In this document: positions 38,501-51,100 of the stretch, in pieces | How the letters are laid out: each line of letters starts with the position of its first letter | Position numbering within the stretch: position 1 is the first letter of the stretch | Assembly: GCF_003704095.1 (NCBI RefSeq) | Contig: NW_020846360.1 | Location: 62,001-126,000 of the forward strand | Direction: 5' to 3' | Source: Pocillopora damicornis | Taxonomy: Eukaryota | DNA length: 64,000 nucleotides | Notes under the pieces: generated by a model | Told to the model about the DNA's origin: nothing | What the model saw: only the letters and a program-made list of their open reading frames with translations | The model's database searches: none | Program-made: the position numbers and the translations under genes

Positions 38501-41500
38501 GAGCATGGTCTCAACACAGGCGCTACCACCAAGGGACGAATTTGCTCACCATTTTCAGGCATGCTTTTGTCAGCTAACCTACTTTTTGCAATAGAAGATA
38601 AAGTCTTTGACAAAAAAGTAGAGATGGTAAGTTTTAAGCTCGGTGAAGAATTAAGAAAGATGTTTTTTTGCCTTGTCACAAGCGTGGGACAAAGAAAAAT
38701 TCTGAGTCCCCATGAGGAATTGAACCTCAGACCTTCGCATTTGCACTCCGATGCTCTACCACTGAGCCACAAAGACTCTTCAGTGAGAGGGGTCTATTAC
38801 AAAGTTCTAATGACACACGTCCTGCATACTGCTAGGATCAGCAATGTTCATAGCATAATGTTTTTGACAGAAAAGTAGAGATGGTTAGTCATAAGAACTT
38901 TGTAATAGACCCCACTCACCAAAGAGTCTTTGTGGCTCAGTGGTAGAGCATTGGAGCACAAATCATAAAAATAACATTCAAATAAATAAGCTCTTGGTTT
39001 TTGAACAAATTCTTCCTTACAGCCCCCAAGGAAATGTACAGAGAACAGTATGGAGAATATGTGTGCTAATGTTAGGGTGTAAAGGGTTAATACTTGGGCT
39101 CAAAGCTGCAGAACAGGCACCTAGTCTGAAAAGGGCCTCTGCTGGAAATTTCGTCATATTCAGCCAGTAATTTCATCAGAGTAGGACTTTCAATACTTAA
39201 ATGACATTATGGATGTAAATGGTGTTGCATTTAGAGAAGAAATGCAGTTCAAACTATCATGTGTGTCTTACTATTATTATAATGGAGTAAAATGGAGTTA
39301 ATTTTTTTGATGAATCATTACCTATTGAGCCACTCCAATTTAAATACTCCTCCTAGTGCTTTGGCATTCATTCCAGGTGGCAACACCCAAGGCATTGGCT
39401 GGCCTCCATGTTTGGCTTCTGATGCCAGTCTGGCAAACCCCTGGAACTTTCCACTCTCTTTTACAGAAAATATTAAAATTACATTTTTATACCTCTGAAA
39501 GAAAATCAAGTACAAAAACGGCTGATGAGTAGTCATAAAAGAAGCTCCTCCTTTCTTGCTTCATGTCAATGTTTTTTTTACAAATACAATAAAATACAAT
39601 ACATACTAGATTCTTCATGATGTAGAAAAGAAAAGGAAAGTTGCATACATCTTGAAAAGGTTCACCATAAAATATCTGAGTAAAACTACACATTATCAAT
39701 AAAATATAATTGCCTTAAAAAACTTTATAACTCAGAAATCTAAGTACTTTATGTACTTATAATCACTACTCTCTCCGAACTTGGAGAAACAAAGGCAGAG
39801 GAATTAAGGTGCTGGGCCAAGTTGTTCAAAGGAGAGAGAAATTTAGCCAACTGATTAGTGTATATACTGCTGATAGAATAGCTAACCACCAAATAATTAT
39901 CTTTGGAACAAAAATTAGCAAGAAAAGCAAGGATGGTTTTGTATACTGGTACAGTGGAACCCCTCTAAACTGGACACCCCTGTGACCGAGGGTAATGTCC
40001 GGTTTAGAGGGGTGTCCAAGATGCTTTTGGAAAAAGGAATCCATTGTTAACTGCATCTGATTACAACATTGTTCAACTATTTTTCTTTCAGTTAAATTTT
40101 TAGATTTTTTGCTTCAGTACCAATAGAACAATGAGTAATTAGCCGATGGGCATTTCTCACTTCTGATTGTGATTGCACAGCTGCATGATTACAATTTTAA
40201 TTTTAATCATGTTTACAAAGGTGTGATTTGATTTTGGCAGCAAGCTTAAAACTTTCACATCCAGTTTAACTGGGTCAATTTCTTTTGAAATTGAGTGATT
40301 ATGGACTGAAAGAAGTGTCCAGTTTCCGGAAGCGAGGGGTTCCGGTTTACTGAGGTTAAAAATATAGAAAATATATGACAGATTTTGGGGCCAATAAAAA
40401 GGTCTGGTAAAGAGAGGATTCCGGTTTAATGAGGGTTCAGTTTAGAGGGGTTCCAATGTAATACTCATTCAGAGTTTAAATGTAGTTGTGTGTGTTCAAG
40501 GACAGGATCTCCTTGTTGCATTTTGTGACAAATTTATCTGAAATGACCACTGGAAGGCTGATACGTGTTTCATAATAGCCAAAGCATTTATAACGAACAA
40601 ACCCAAACCCAAGTACCTAAGGGCTACTAAGACTTAACTGTCCACATAGACAGAAAGGGCTGGTTACAATTTGTGGCTGTAAAATCTTGTCATTAACAAG
40701 TTCATAGATTTATCTCATTGGTGCCCTAAAAGATATCCAGAACTGAGTTCACTGTTGCTCCACAATTCCAAGACTTGTAAGGTTCTTCATAACCTTTAAA
40801 ACTTCTCCTTTATCTTTCTATACATTCAATAGAAAGTAAAACTGAACAACAGTACCCTTCTGTTTCTGTTAGCTAATTTAAGACCACAATTTGAAGGTAA
40901 CAATCATAATTGATTTTGTTTTCATACTAAACACTACACACTAACATTTCTTTCTAAACAGTTACCAACTCAGACACTGGTAAGCTGCTGATTGTTCTAT
41001 TTTTAAGTTGAGAAGAATAGAAATATCATAACCAAAAGAAAGGCTCCTTAAAGAAATAAGGAAAATACATCCAAAAATAGAGCTGCAAAACATCAGAGTT
41101 CTGAGATGGAAATAGCCAATCAACATATAGGGTCAACCAAACCAATGGAAACACTAAATTTCATAGGCCTAATATTTTCCAGAATTTTCTACAAGAATGG
41201 CAGAATTATAATGTAAGCATTGCTGTAACTTGCTGTGGATCCACACTTCAATCACCAGTAAGAGGAAAGCTTTTTTCCTCCGGAAAGTCAAGATTCATGA
41301 TTCATCACTTTAGGACATATGCTTTCAAGATAACGCTTCATGAAGAAACAGACCTCACCTTAAAATGAGCATTTAGTTTCTTCTCATTAGCCTTTGGAGT
41401 TGACCACACACCCTGATAAGAATAATGTGTTACAATTGTTGAAATCAAGCATCTTATAAGATAAAGATGTTTTTTGTCTTGTCACAAGTCTAGGAAAAAG

Positions 41501-44500
41501 ACTAAATTCTCTATCACTGAGAGAAACCCATTATGAAGTTCATATCAGACACGCATCAAACATACTGCTAGGATCAGCAATGTCTTTAGCCTCATGTTTT
41601 GTACATAGAAAATGCACGAAGTGTGCAGAACTTTTCCAAAGTAAACCTGGTTGTAATACACACAGCATTGTTTTTGTGCCATTTTCCCCCCTATTTCTAA
41701 GGTAGTCTTTTCCCTAGAAACATATAAGTTCTTTGGAATCATCTAAGTTTAAAATGCCTATTTCAAGTCTAACTAATTTTAAATCCAACAATAAAAATCT
41801 ATCTTCAATTGAGTCTTGGTGAAAACCAGCCTTAAGGTAGACTTACCTTAGCTTTAGACAAAGCTACATTCTCGTGATTGTTACTTTTCATCACAAAGTA
41901 TCGAGCTTCTTCAAAGAACTCATCCAAATTGGATGTTTTCTTTGATTTCGATGATGATGCCTTTGCCACTTTACTCTTGATGTGAAGCTGACTATCAGCT
42001 AAGGAGTTATCACTTTCACCACTTGATCTAGTTCCTTCGACAGGAGATGATGCTCTTCTTTTCCTTCTTTTTACTTTCTTTCCTTCTTGTTCATTTTGTT
42101 CTTCATTACTTGGATTTTCTAACAAATACAAGACTTCATTAAAACTATTTGACTATTTGTAATAGTGATGCATTACTTGGGTAATTACCAGTGTCAACCT
42201 CCTAAAAAATTACCATGTACAAAAGAAAAAAGCAAAAAGTTCCAAAAGCTCCTAAAATGCCCATTGTTAACATAGTTGAAGAATTTTTCCACTGAAAACT
42301 CCAATAATTAGAGTTTGTAACCATAATGATACATGATCACAATGGAATAAAATTTTTTTTACTGTAAATATATGTTTAAAATTCCTATGCTGCAGCTTTT
42401 ACCAGACCTTACCCCATAGGGTAGAAGAAAATAAAAATAAAATAATAACCCACCTACATTTCACTGGCACTGAACCAATCTTGTTTATGGCAAAAACTAA
42501 TGCGATCATCACGATTAGAAGTGGTGATGATTGCACCTTCGTTTAAGGGCACACTAAAATGAGGTAAATCATCCCAACAATTCTTTTCAGCAATTTATTT
42601 CATTTCAGCTCACTGTGAGGATCGTTTCTTTACTTTTGACATCTTTTTTGCAATATAAATTGTATAAATATACCCCACAAAAAATTTCTTTGATGGATTG
42701 AGAATTTATGAATGGATTTAAGACTACTTAACATTTTCTTGTAATCAAGCTTTGTGACTGATTTACCAATTGTAATTATATTAATAGCAAATAACCTCTT
42801 TTTCCAAACAAGATCTCACACTAAAAAATGGATATTTAGAGAGAAAGAGACAAATAAAAGGTTAGTAAAGGACTGTGACAGTACATGTACAAGCCATACT
42901 CCACCTACCACATACCTCAAGTATGCTTTCTATCATTACCTAAGTGCAGTCTTGTATATTGCAGTGAAGCAACAAACTGCTCAATTGTGTTAAATATTAA
43001 ATTGACACTTAATAAAAATCAAACAACAATAACAACCTGATTCTGATTTTGAAGAACCTGAAGAGGAAGGTGACACTGAACCTCCCTCTCCTTCACTAAA
43101 ATCTTCTTCCCCACTGTCATCACTTCCACCTGCACCTTCACTGGCCTCCTCCAAGTCATCAATAACTTCCATATCTTCACTCGCCTCATATTTACTAACT
43201 GCATCTGTATCTTCAGCTAGAGCCACTTTGCTTTCCACCAATGACTCTGAATTTACTGAATCTGTACCTATGACTGCTGTCAACAAGCAATATAGCAAAA
43301 AAGGCCTCTCTCAATTTCAACCTTAGTGTAGCCTGCTATGTAGACGTCTTGTTAGTGCAAGCTAACGCTAAAAGCTTGCGAGCATTTTTCCGACCGGCCA
43401 TTTTTTATTTGCAGTTAGAGTGGACGATGGGGGTAGGGGGTGGGAGAGGGGAGAAAAGACACCTGCCCGAAGAGGCTGTTAAAATGCCCTACGCCCCCTG
43501 ATTAGTTGCGCTTCACTGCATTTCCAGAAATAAGAAGGTAACCAATAAAAATGAGTTTATTTAAAAGTCTTGGACAATGACTTCCAGCAAAAACAAACAC
43601 GTGGAGCTGAGCCGTCATATCCAGCTACATATAGTGCATAATGTCCCATTAGAGTGCGAGTGACAACTGTAGGAAATGGAAGGAGTGCTTTGGAGTTGTT
43701 TTGAGCAAAGTTGTTTGTCAAGTTGGATTTTCCTTGATTCAAGATAGCTCAAGATTTTCAGATCGTGTTTGCAACCCATGTCCCATTCAAGGAGGCAAAA
43801 GAGTCAGCAGTGGAGGACACTAAAGCTAAATGCAGACAGGTCTCATGCCAGGATAGAAAGGCATTAAAAGAAGCACTGATCGAGGTATTAGATGAGATGA
43901 GAAGCAAAGAACTAGCATTGGATGAAAGCTCTTGTCATGGCTGCTCAAGGCATTTAATAAAGGATGTGGTAAGGGACTGTGAGAAGATTTTCACTTTGGC
44001 TGATATACTTAATGGCTACCCTGTATTTTCAATGACAAATGCATTAAAAATACTAGAAGTGATCCAGGAAGTGTTCATGGACATTCCTAATTTTGAAGAA
44101 TCATTGGCACCCACGTTTGAAAACTCCAATGGTTCAGTTCTACAAGAAGAACCGAATGTAAATAACTGGTTTGATTTTGAAACTATTTCCCTTGGTATTG
44201 ACAGTGACCCAGAAAGGCAAAAACAAACACACATGGAGCTGAGCCGTCACATCCAGCTACATATAGTGCGTAATGTCTGATAAGAGTGCGAGTGACAAAT
44301 GCAGGCTTTGTGGAGTTTCATACCTTGTGTTGCCTCTGGATCATCATCAGGTCCAAACTCAGTTATTTCACTCTCCTCTGCCTCTCCCTTATTTCCCCTC
44401 ATGGGTTCATCAATGCTATCTGGATCCTAAAATAACAAGGTCTGATCTTTACATGTTTAATGACTGATACTGGCTTTGACATCACAACCTCAGGTGTGAG

Positions 44501-47500
44501 CAAGGTGAAATATTGTGGCCATTCCAAACAGCAATTAAAATTATCCCTTAAAAACAGCCAGGAAAATATATGTAACTCATCCCAAAATAAGTACATTAGA
44601 GGATTTTCAAAACATTAATTGCAAATCTGTTCATACTTGTGGATTACTTTTTGCAACAAACCATACATTTCATTCCTTTTTTTTTGGTTCATGGGAAAAT
44701 GGTTAATAGTGCAATACTTTCAAAACCTGTCTTTTTCCCCCAAAAAAATCCACACAAAGGGCATTTTGTGCCTTAGTAACCAAAACCTATCTCAACACCA
44801 GCAACAACTCTGCATTTAATCCCAGTTCTTACACTATAAACAGGGAATATCAAGTGACTATCACAGAGAGCTAAAAATGCTATCTTTCTGTAGTGACAAT
44901 AAACATCAACATTGAGAGCAAAAGTAAGGGGAGTGAGTGACCAAGCCTGGCAAAGCTTATCCTACTTTCATCAGCATGGCGGATGGTGCTTGCTAATAGG
45001 GATCATGATTTCCTTTGTTTTGAAGAGAACAAACAGCTTTAAAAAGATCAAGAGAGGCTTCATGAATTACTGCTGTAATGGATAAAACATGTGTCTGCTG
45101 CCATCCATTTTCTTCAATTAATAGTCTTCTGGCTTTTGCCAGACTTGATGTCTAAAAATTTAAAAATCTACTTAATCCACATGAATTGAAGACTTGTTTA
45201 AACATAATGTTGCAAACCTGAACTTTGTTTCCAAGTTCTTCTTCTTCTGTTTGGATTGTTGGTATTTTCTCTGAATACTTGACACCTCTATTGACTTTAC
45301 TCTTCTTCTCCTTGATTTGTGTAGTAGACTTCTTCTGTGTTGATTTGCTCTTGACTTCAACACTGCCTCTTCTGTTTCCTTTCACTCCATCATTAATTTG
45401 CCTCTGGCTGCTCTTTTCACTAAGATTATTTGATGGTTCCCGAACTTTTCGGCTTTTAGTTTCAGAGGGAGTGCTGTGGACACTCTGCTTTGCTACTTTC
45501 TTGGCTGGACTTGCTGTGCTGGCCTTCTTCTCTTCTGATACAGCTTTTACTTTCTCTTTAGACACCTTACCCTGTCCTTTATTGCTCTCAGCTGCTTTCT
45601 TAACATTTTCCTTCTTTGCCTCTTTTTTCACTACTTCCTTTTTTGGACCCTCCCTCTTCACAACCTTTGAAGCACCTTTGGCTTTTGAACTCATTACCCT
45701 CTTTGATAAATTATCATTTTTTTTCATTTCTGTCTCTTTTTCGGCAACTCCTTTAGTTTCGGTAGTTGCTGCATTCTGTTCTTCTTTTTTCTTAGTCTCT
45801 TTGTCTCCAGTTTTACTATCACCCTCAGTTTTGGAACCCTTCATATCCTTCTGTTTGTTCTTTGTTGTGTCTTTTTCCTTTCCCTTTTCTTTGCTTGGAT
45901 TTTCATTTTCAAGCTGACCTGCAGCTTTGTCCTTCTCTTTCAGTTTTACTTTAATTTCCTTTGGAGCATCTTTTCTTGGACGTTGTTTTTCTTCCTTTTC
46001 TTTCACTGGAAGCTTGTCCTTGTCACTCTCACCTGTCTTGGGAGATTCTAACCCAGATGCAATGGTTTTAGAAGCCTTGCTGTTTTTAGTTGGAGTCTGG
46101 CTTGAGATTTTCATGGTTTGAGGAGAGGAACTGTTGTTTTCTTTGGTTTGAATCTTTGGACTGTCCAAGTGTCTCTTTTTAGATGTATCAGCCTTGTCAT
46201 CAGTGTTGGCTCTTCGCTTTCTGCTTGGTACTGAACAAAGAAAACAAAAAAGGCACAAGTTTTCTTCAGAAATCATATAATGGATTTAATCAAAATCAAA
46301 GCTATCAGGATTACTTTTGACAATCAACTGAAAAATTGCTCTAAATAGCCTTTGGGCAATTACTGCTTTCTAAATATATATTACGGTTCTAGTTTGAATC
46401 TCGTAATAATTAATTTAAAGGACAAAGAAACACAAGACTTAAACTGGTCCAAGAAATATCAAAGCTCAAAAAAACTTGAATGAAACTATTTACATCCTCT
46501 GAAACTGAAAGTTCAGGAGAGGGACAAGTAATATAAGGACAGTGGAAAATCTTGTCTTACCACTTGTCTTTGCTGGAGTGTCCAGTTCAGCAGCAAACTC
46601 GTCATTTGCTGGTTCCCCAAGTATATCATCCAGAACATTAAGCTCCACTCCATCCAAACCTTTATTCAAATTGCAGATTATATAAATGCATTGTTATTAC
46701 AATGGTAACAAACTGAAACTTAATAGAACACCCATGACCACCTATGCAATACCAACAGCATGGGTGGTTTGTGGTTCCTTCCTTTGCAACATAAAGTTAG
46801 TCCCCAACCTCAAACATTCCAAAAGGATCAATGAACCAACCAGAATCAGGCTATTGTGAATAAATTCAATGTCTCTGGTCCAAAAAATTGTTCAGCTAGA
46901 TTATTCTCTGCCCTAACTCTAGCCTTGAGTGTGATGTAAAGAACTACATCTATCTGCTAAAAATGTTTGTCTAGGCCCTGGCTTGACATGGATCTATCTT
47001 TCACTGATCAAGAAATAATGGAAAACCTTACAGGACTGACATGAAGGGGTGGGAGCAACCCAGCAACTTTGATACAGGTCTATAACTTTAAAAATCAAAA
47101 ATACATCAAATAAGAAAATTGTGAGTTAAAAGATAAACCCATACTTTATCAACCAGAATTCTTATTCATCCTTAAAAGAGAGCAATTTTGCAAATCATGA
47201 CGCTTTGTTAGAAAACATGCTTTATTGAAAAATTTTGTCTTCCTTTGAAAGCCTACATAAACATACAAATAAAAAACCAATTCCTAGAGTAGAAAAAAAG
47301 AAAACGAAAAGAAAAGCCGAAAAATTAAATTTAGTCAGTTCTCGTCAGTTAAGAATCATTAATCATGTTTTAAATCAAGGAGTTAATTAACAAAGTGCTA
47401 CACCTTCTATTTCAATGAGAACACTCTCCTCTTCTTTTTAAAAGTTAAGTTCTTTTGAGACTAACAACCGAAATAGGAAAGACTCACTGGCACTAGTCTC

Positions 47501-47805
47501 AGCGCGAATTCTGTCTAGTAATAACCTCAGACGCCAGTCATTCCACATGGCGATCGCTGTATGACAAGCCACAACAATCCAGGCAGAAACCATAACTTAA
47601 AACACCTTTTTTAACAATATACTAACATAGGTAAAATAGTCTGTGAAAAGGAAATAAATGCATGAAATCCAGGCCAAGAAAACAGGATATGATATCGTGT
47701 GCATGGTATACATTTTTCTTTACATGTACACCCATTGACTTAGAAAATAAACAACTTACTGGTTTCCAACTCGTCTGGAGATGAAAGTTCTCCTTCTTCG
47801 GCCAT
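29539..47805 (-). CDS. YTHDC1: YTH domain-containing protein 1 (nuclear m6A reader), ~836 aa
   Basis: 15 GT-AG exons with consistent phases: 47805-47760, 46659-46561, 46230-45218, 44426-44324, 43267-43037, 42118-41847, 41412-41359, 39494-39322, 37750-37666, 36430-36306, 35020-34968, 32403-32349, 31980-31938, 31256-31191, 29631-29539. YTH domain [83 protein letters not shown]1-type motifs [27 protein letters not shown] and DEFLRRTQ. Confidence 0.95.
38600..38965. mobile_element. tRNA-derived SINE-like repeat with an inverted partial copy (YTHDC1 intron)
   Basis: The minus strand at 38700-38770 has A box TGGCTCAGTGG and B box GGTTCAATTCC. An inverted copy lies at 38888-38963, and a related fragment at ~41460-41585. 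Confidence 0.75.
39952..40458. mobile_element. Tc1/mariner-pogo (Tigger-like) MITE
   Basis: TIRs CAGTGGAACCCCTCTAAACTG and CAGTTTAGAGGGGTTCCAATG, TA on both sides, no ORF. Confidence 0.9.
43329..44320 (+). mobile_element. Rearranged DNA-transposon fragment, probably Academ-like, in a YTHDC1 intron
   Basis: Begins TAGCCTGC (Academ-type TAG end). ORF 43765..44280 ([48 protein letters not shown]) recalls the C-terminus of TE-borne RecQ-like proteins. 80-bp direct repeats at 43587-43666 and 44217-44298. Confidence 0.5.
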
Positions 47806-48163
47806 ATAAACAATTCAAACTTTCCCTTCTAGTTTTCTTCCGCAAAAGAGACAAAATAATTCGATTAAAAAGCCTCAAGACAGAAAGAAATGCACTCCAC
47901 GTATGATTAAGGAGTCCTCGCTTTCCTTCGACTTGCAGGATTATTATGGGATATAACCATGGAAAGGCCCTGTCCCCATCGGTCAGGATCCGGTCAGAGG
48001 GAAACTGGAACAAGATTCCAACTTTACCAAGGTGCAGATATTAAACAAACAAAGTGAAGAAAACTTTTGTTAGTCCCTTAACCTTTAAACTCGGGAGAAT
48101 TTTCCTTCACTTGAATGGAGGGGCTTAATTGATCCTACTCTTTGTTAATAAGAAATTTTTAAA
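47806..48163. promoter_or_regulatory. Bidirectional promoter shared by YTHDC1 and PHF24
   Basis: Divergent ATGs only 358 bp apart; the region is locally CpG-rich relative to both gene bodies. Confidence 0.7.
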
Positions 48164-51100
48164 ATGGGGATTATTGTATCCAAAGAGAGTCGAAATCGAA
48201 CTAAGAAAGTTCAGCAAACTGCAGCTGTCATGACAGCTTTAAAGTTAGCGTCTAAAGAGTCTAAAGAGTCTACAGAAAAAGACAGCCCCACCACCGACCA
48301 AGCACAGGCAGGTCAAACGAGTCAGATTTTGCAAGAAACGAAAAATCATAAGGCGACTGATGAACATCTAGATTTCGACAGGGAGCACACAGCGAACTTG
48401 AATAACGATAAGTCTTCTATTACATATGGTCTCCCTGAGTTAGACGCGGCAGACCATCTTGCTTACAGCAGTGGAACTACAGGATACTGGGACAAAAGTA
48501 ACAAGGCTGTTATCGGTATTCCATACTTTGGCGCCTGGAAACACAGGGTATGTAGCAGCCAGATTGCAAGAGAAAGGAGGGGGAGGGGGCAGGGGCGGGA
48601 TCCCTCTACATTATGTGTCTGTTGCTGAGTACGGATTTTATCGGCAAATCGTAAGGAGAATTCCTTATAAAAAAAAAATTGGCTGTGAAGTCCATCAGTG
48701 ATTTGACAGTTATTTGTTGAAAATGTGTCCTGCATGAGAGAAGCAATTTTTTTACAGTAGATACATTATTTCACCAAAGATTTTCAACATTTACTAGGAG
48801 AGAGTGACCACCAATAAACCTACTGGGCAACACAGGATAAGAAAAAATGTTAAGCTCCAAGGTGCTAACCAGAGATTTTGTAAAATCTTAATTTCCAACA
48901 TAAGTGATAAAAAAAAAAAATTGGTGAAACTCTCACTCAACAAGGCCTGGTTGTTAGAAGGCTAATTATATAATTATGTAGCTCTAACTCAAGGTTAAAT
49001 TGTAATCTGGGTTTCTTTATTCCTTTGTTCAAAAGCCTTTTTGGGATAATTTTTCCATTCTTTTAAGAGCATCTAGTTATCAAATTGCAGACAAAAAATA
49101 TTCATAGTAAGTTTTCTTTTAGAGCTTTCAGATCTGAAATGTAATTTCATACTAACCCTGGGTTATCTCAACCCAGCTTTGAACAACATATAGCCTAAAT
49201 TGCCTCAACAGCTAGGGGCTATGAAAAAGTTGTTCTTTTTTTTATCTTGCCTTGTGAACAGAGTGATTGTCTGGGTGAGGGTAGTTCTTGAAAAGGATTG
49301 TTGTCGATGATGGTGACTTACATTAAACCAATCAAGCTAGAAGCTGTTTACACTGAGAGTTCCAAAGGTTGACCTCTCCCAAGCTGTCAGTAGATCAAGA
49401 TAATTTGATTTTATCAACTGTATTGCTAATATGAATTGACCTCTGTAAAGAGCGTCCAAAGCTGACTTTTTAAGCATTAAGCCTTTGTCAGAGGGTCAGC
49501 CTCATTGTCTTACACAATAGTTGTTGTCATAACTTAACTCTTATCTGTCTGATCACACTCACTGATCTGCTCTTTTTATTTTGTTTTTAAATGGTAGTAC
49601 CATCAACATCCTCTTCATTTTGTCAGTTCATCTAATTATATACCTAAACATGCAACCCCCCAGATAATACTTTGCCTTGTTTTTAATGTAAACAATGAAA
49701 TTTCAACCAGAAGGAACATACTTAACTATTTCATATCCACCAATCCTACTTTGAAATACAATATAAATGATTGGTAAGGACTGAAACATACCTTATCTAT
49801 TTTTCATTATTAAATAAAAGTACACATGAAGAATATTTACTCTTAGCTGAGTCATAAACTTATTGGAATTAATTCTGATCTTGAAAGGGAAGAAGTGCAT
49901 AAAGGAAAGACAAAGTATTATGATTTCATGAATGTGTTGTCAATTACAAAAATCAGGTGTGTAACTGAACAACGACTATGGTTTCTTGTTGACCATCACA
50001 TAGTGTTAGGACAGTGATAGTTTTACTAACTACTTTTTAACTGGCTTTTCTTAGCAAGTGGACTTGTTACAAAAATAGGAAATTTTGTCATGGTGCATTT
50101 CTATCTCCAGGGTGTAATTCATCACCAGGTATAGTTTAAAGGCTGTTTGTAAACATTGTCCAGAGGATTATCAAGTTCAGTTTCTTAAGGTAAAATTGAC
50201 TTCCTTGAATTTTATAATCCATAGACTGATGTGAATGTAAAGTAAATTTTAATTTGAATCCTTTCCTTTTTGTTACAATAATTCTTATTTTTAAAAGAAT
50301 GATATCGATACTATACCTCTAATATACTGATAAGAGTTAAACAAAGGAAATTAAATTTGAACCAAAGGTGAACTTAAATCACAGCTTAGTTTTAAATTAA
50401 GTGACAATGTATTTCCTGATTTTACAACATTCATTTCATAAGCTCAGTACAATTGATTTTCCAATGCAATTAAAAATGCCTCTTGTATTTTCAATTACAC
50501 TAGGTGGAGAATGAAGAACTCTGCTCCCTATGTGGTGTTTATACTGGTGTTGAAGTCCATCCTTGCCATGTCTGTTGTAAAGTATTTCATGAGCTCTGCT
50601 TAAAGAAGAAAGGTAAACTGTATGGGAAGACAGAATTAGAAGCCTTCAGGAAAGCAAACACAGACAAAGGATGGAGTTGCCATGAATGTGTGAGCCTCCA
50701 TTTATATTTTGCAATGACTGTGTACAAAGTAATAAGTAGATATGAACCCAGCTAACATAAAGACAAAACTTACAGGATGGCTCTGATTATTATTTGTGAT
50801 GCTCCTCACTAGTCAATTCTTTACTGTGGGTTGTTCTCACATTTTTACATGAACACTTAAATTTTAATCAGTATATTCATAGTTGTCTTCACCAAGACAT
50901 TTAGTATCAGGATTCTCCAATAGTTTTTCCAACAGGAGAGATGACAATCTTTTGCACTATTGTTGTCTCACATTTTTGACCTGTATTTTGATGAAAATTA
51001 AAGTTGATGATAGGTCACTGAAATGGATCCCTCAAACTCCAAAATAGGGCTTTCATGGTAAATTTTGTTCAATTTTATGTGATTTCTTTACAATCATAGC

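Noticed and set aside
38700-38770. Functional tRNA gene
   Set aside because: A and B boxes are present, but the acceptor stem does not pair well and the sequence is embedded in a longer repeat with other partial copies; it is a SINE head.
45225-45917. 230-aa hydrophobic ORF on the + strand
   Set aside because: Antisense shadow of the Lys/Glu-rich YTHDC1 exon.
50021-50034. TTTTACTAACTACT, identical to the Polinton end
   Set aside because: Only 14 AT-rich bases, same orientation as the known end, with no adjoining TIR similarity; chance cannot be excluded.
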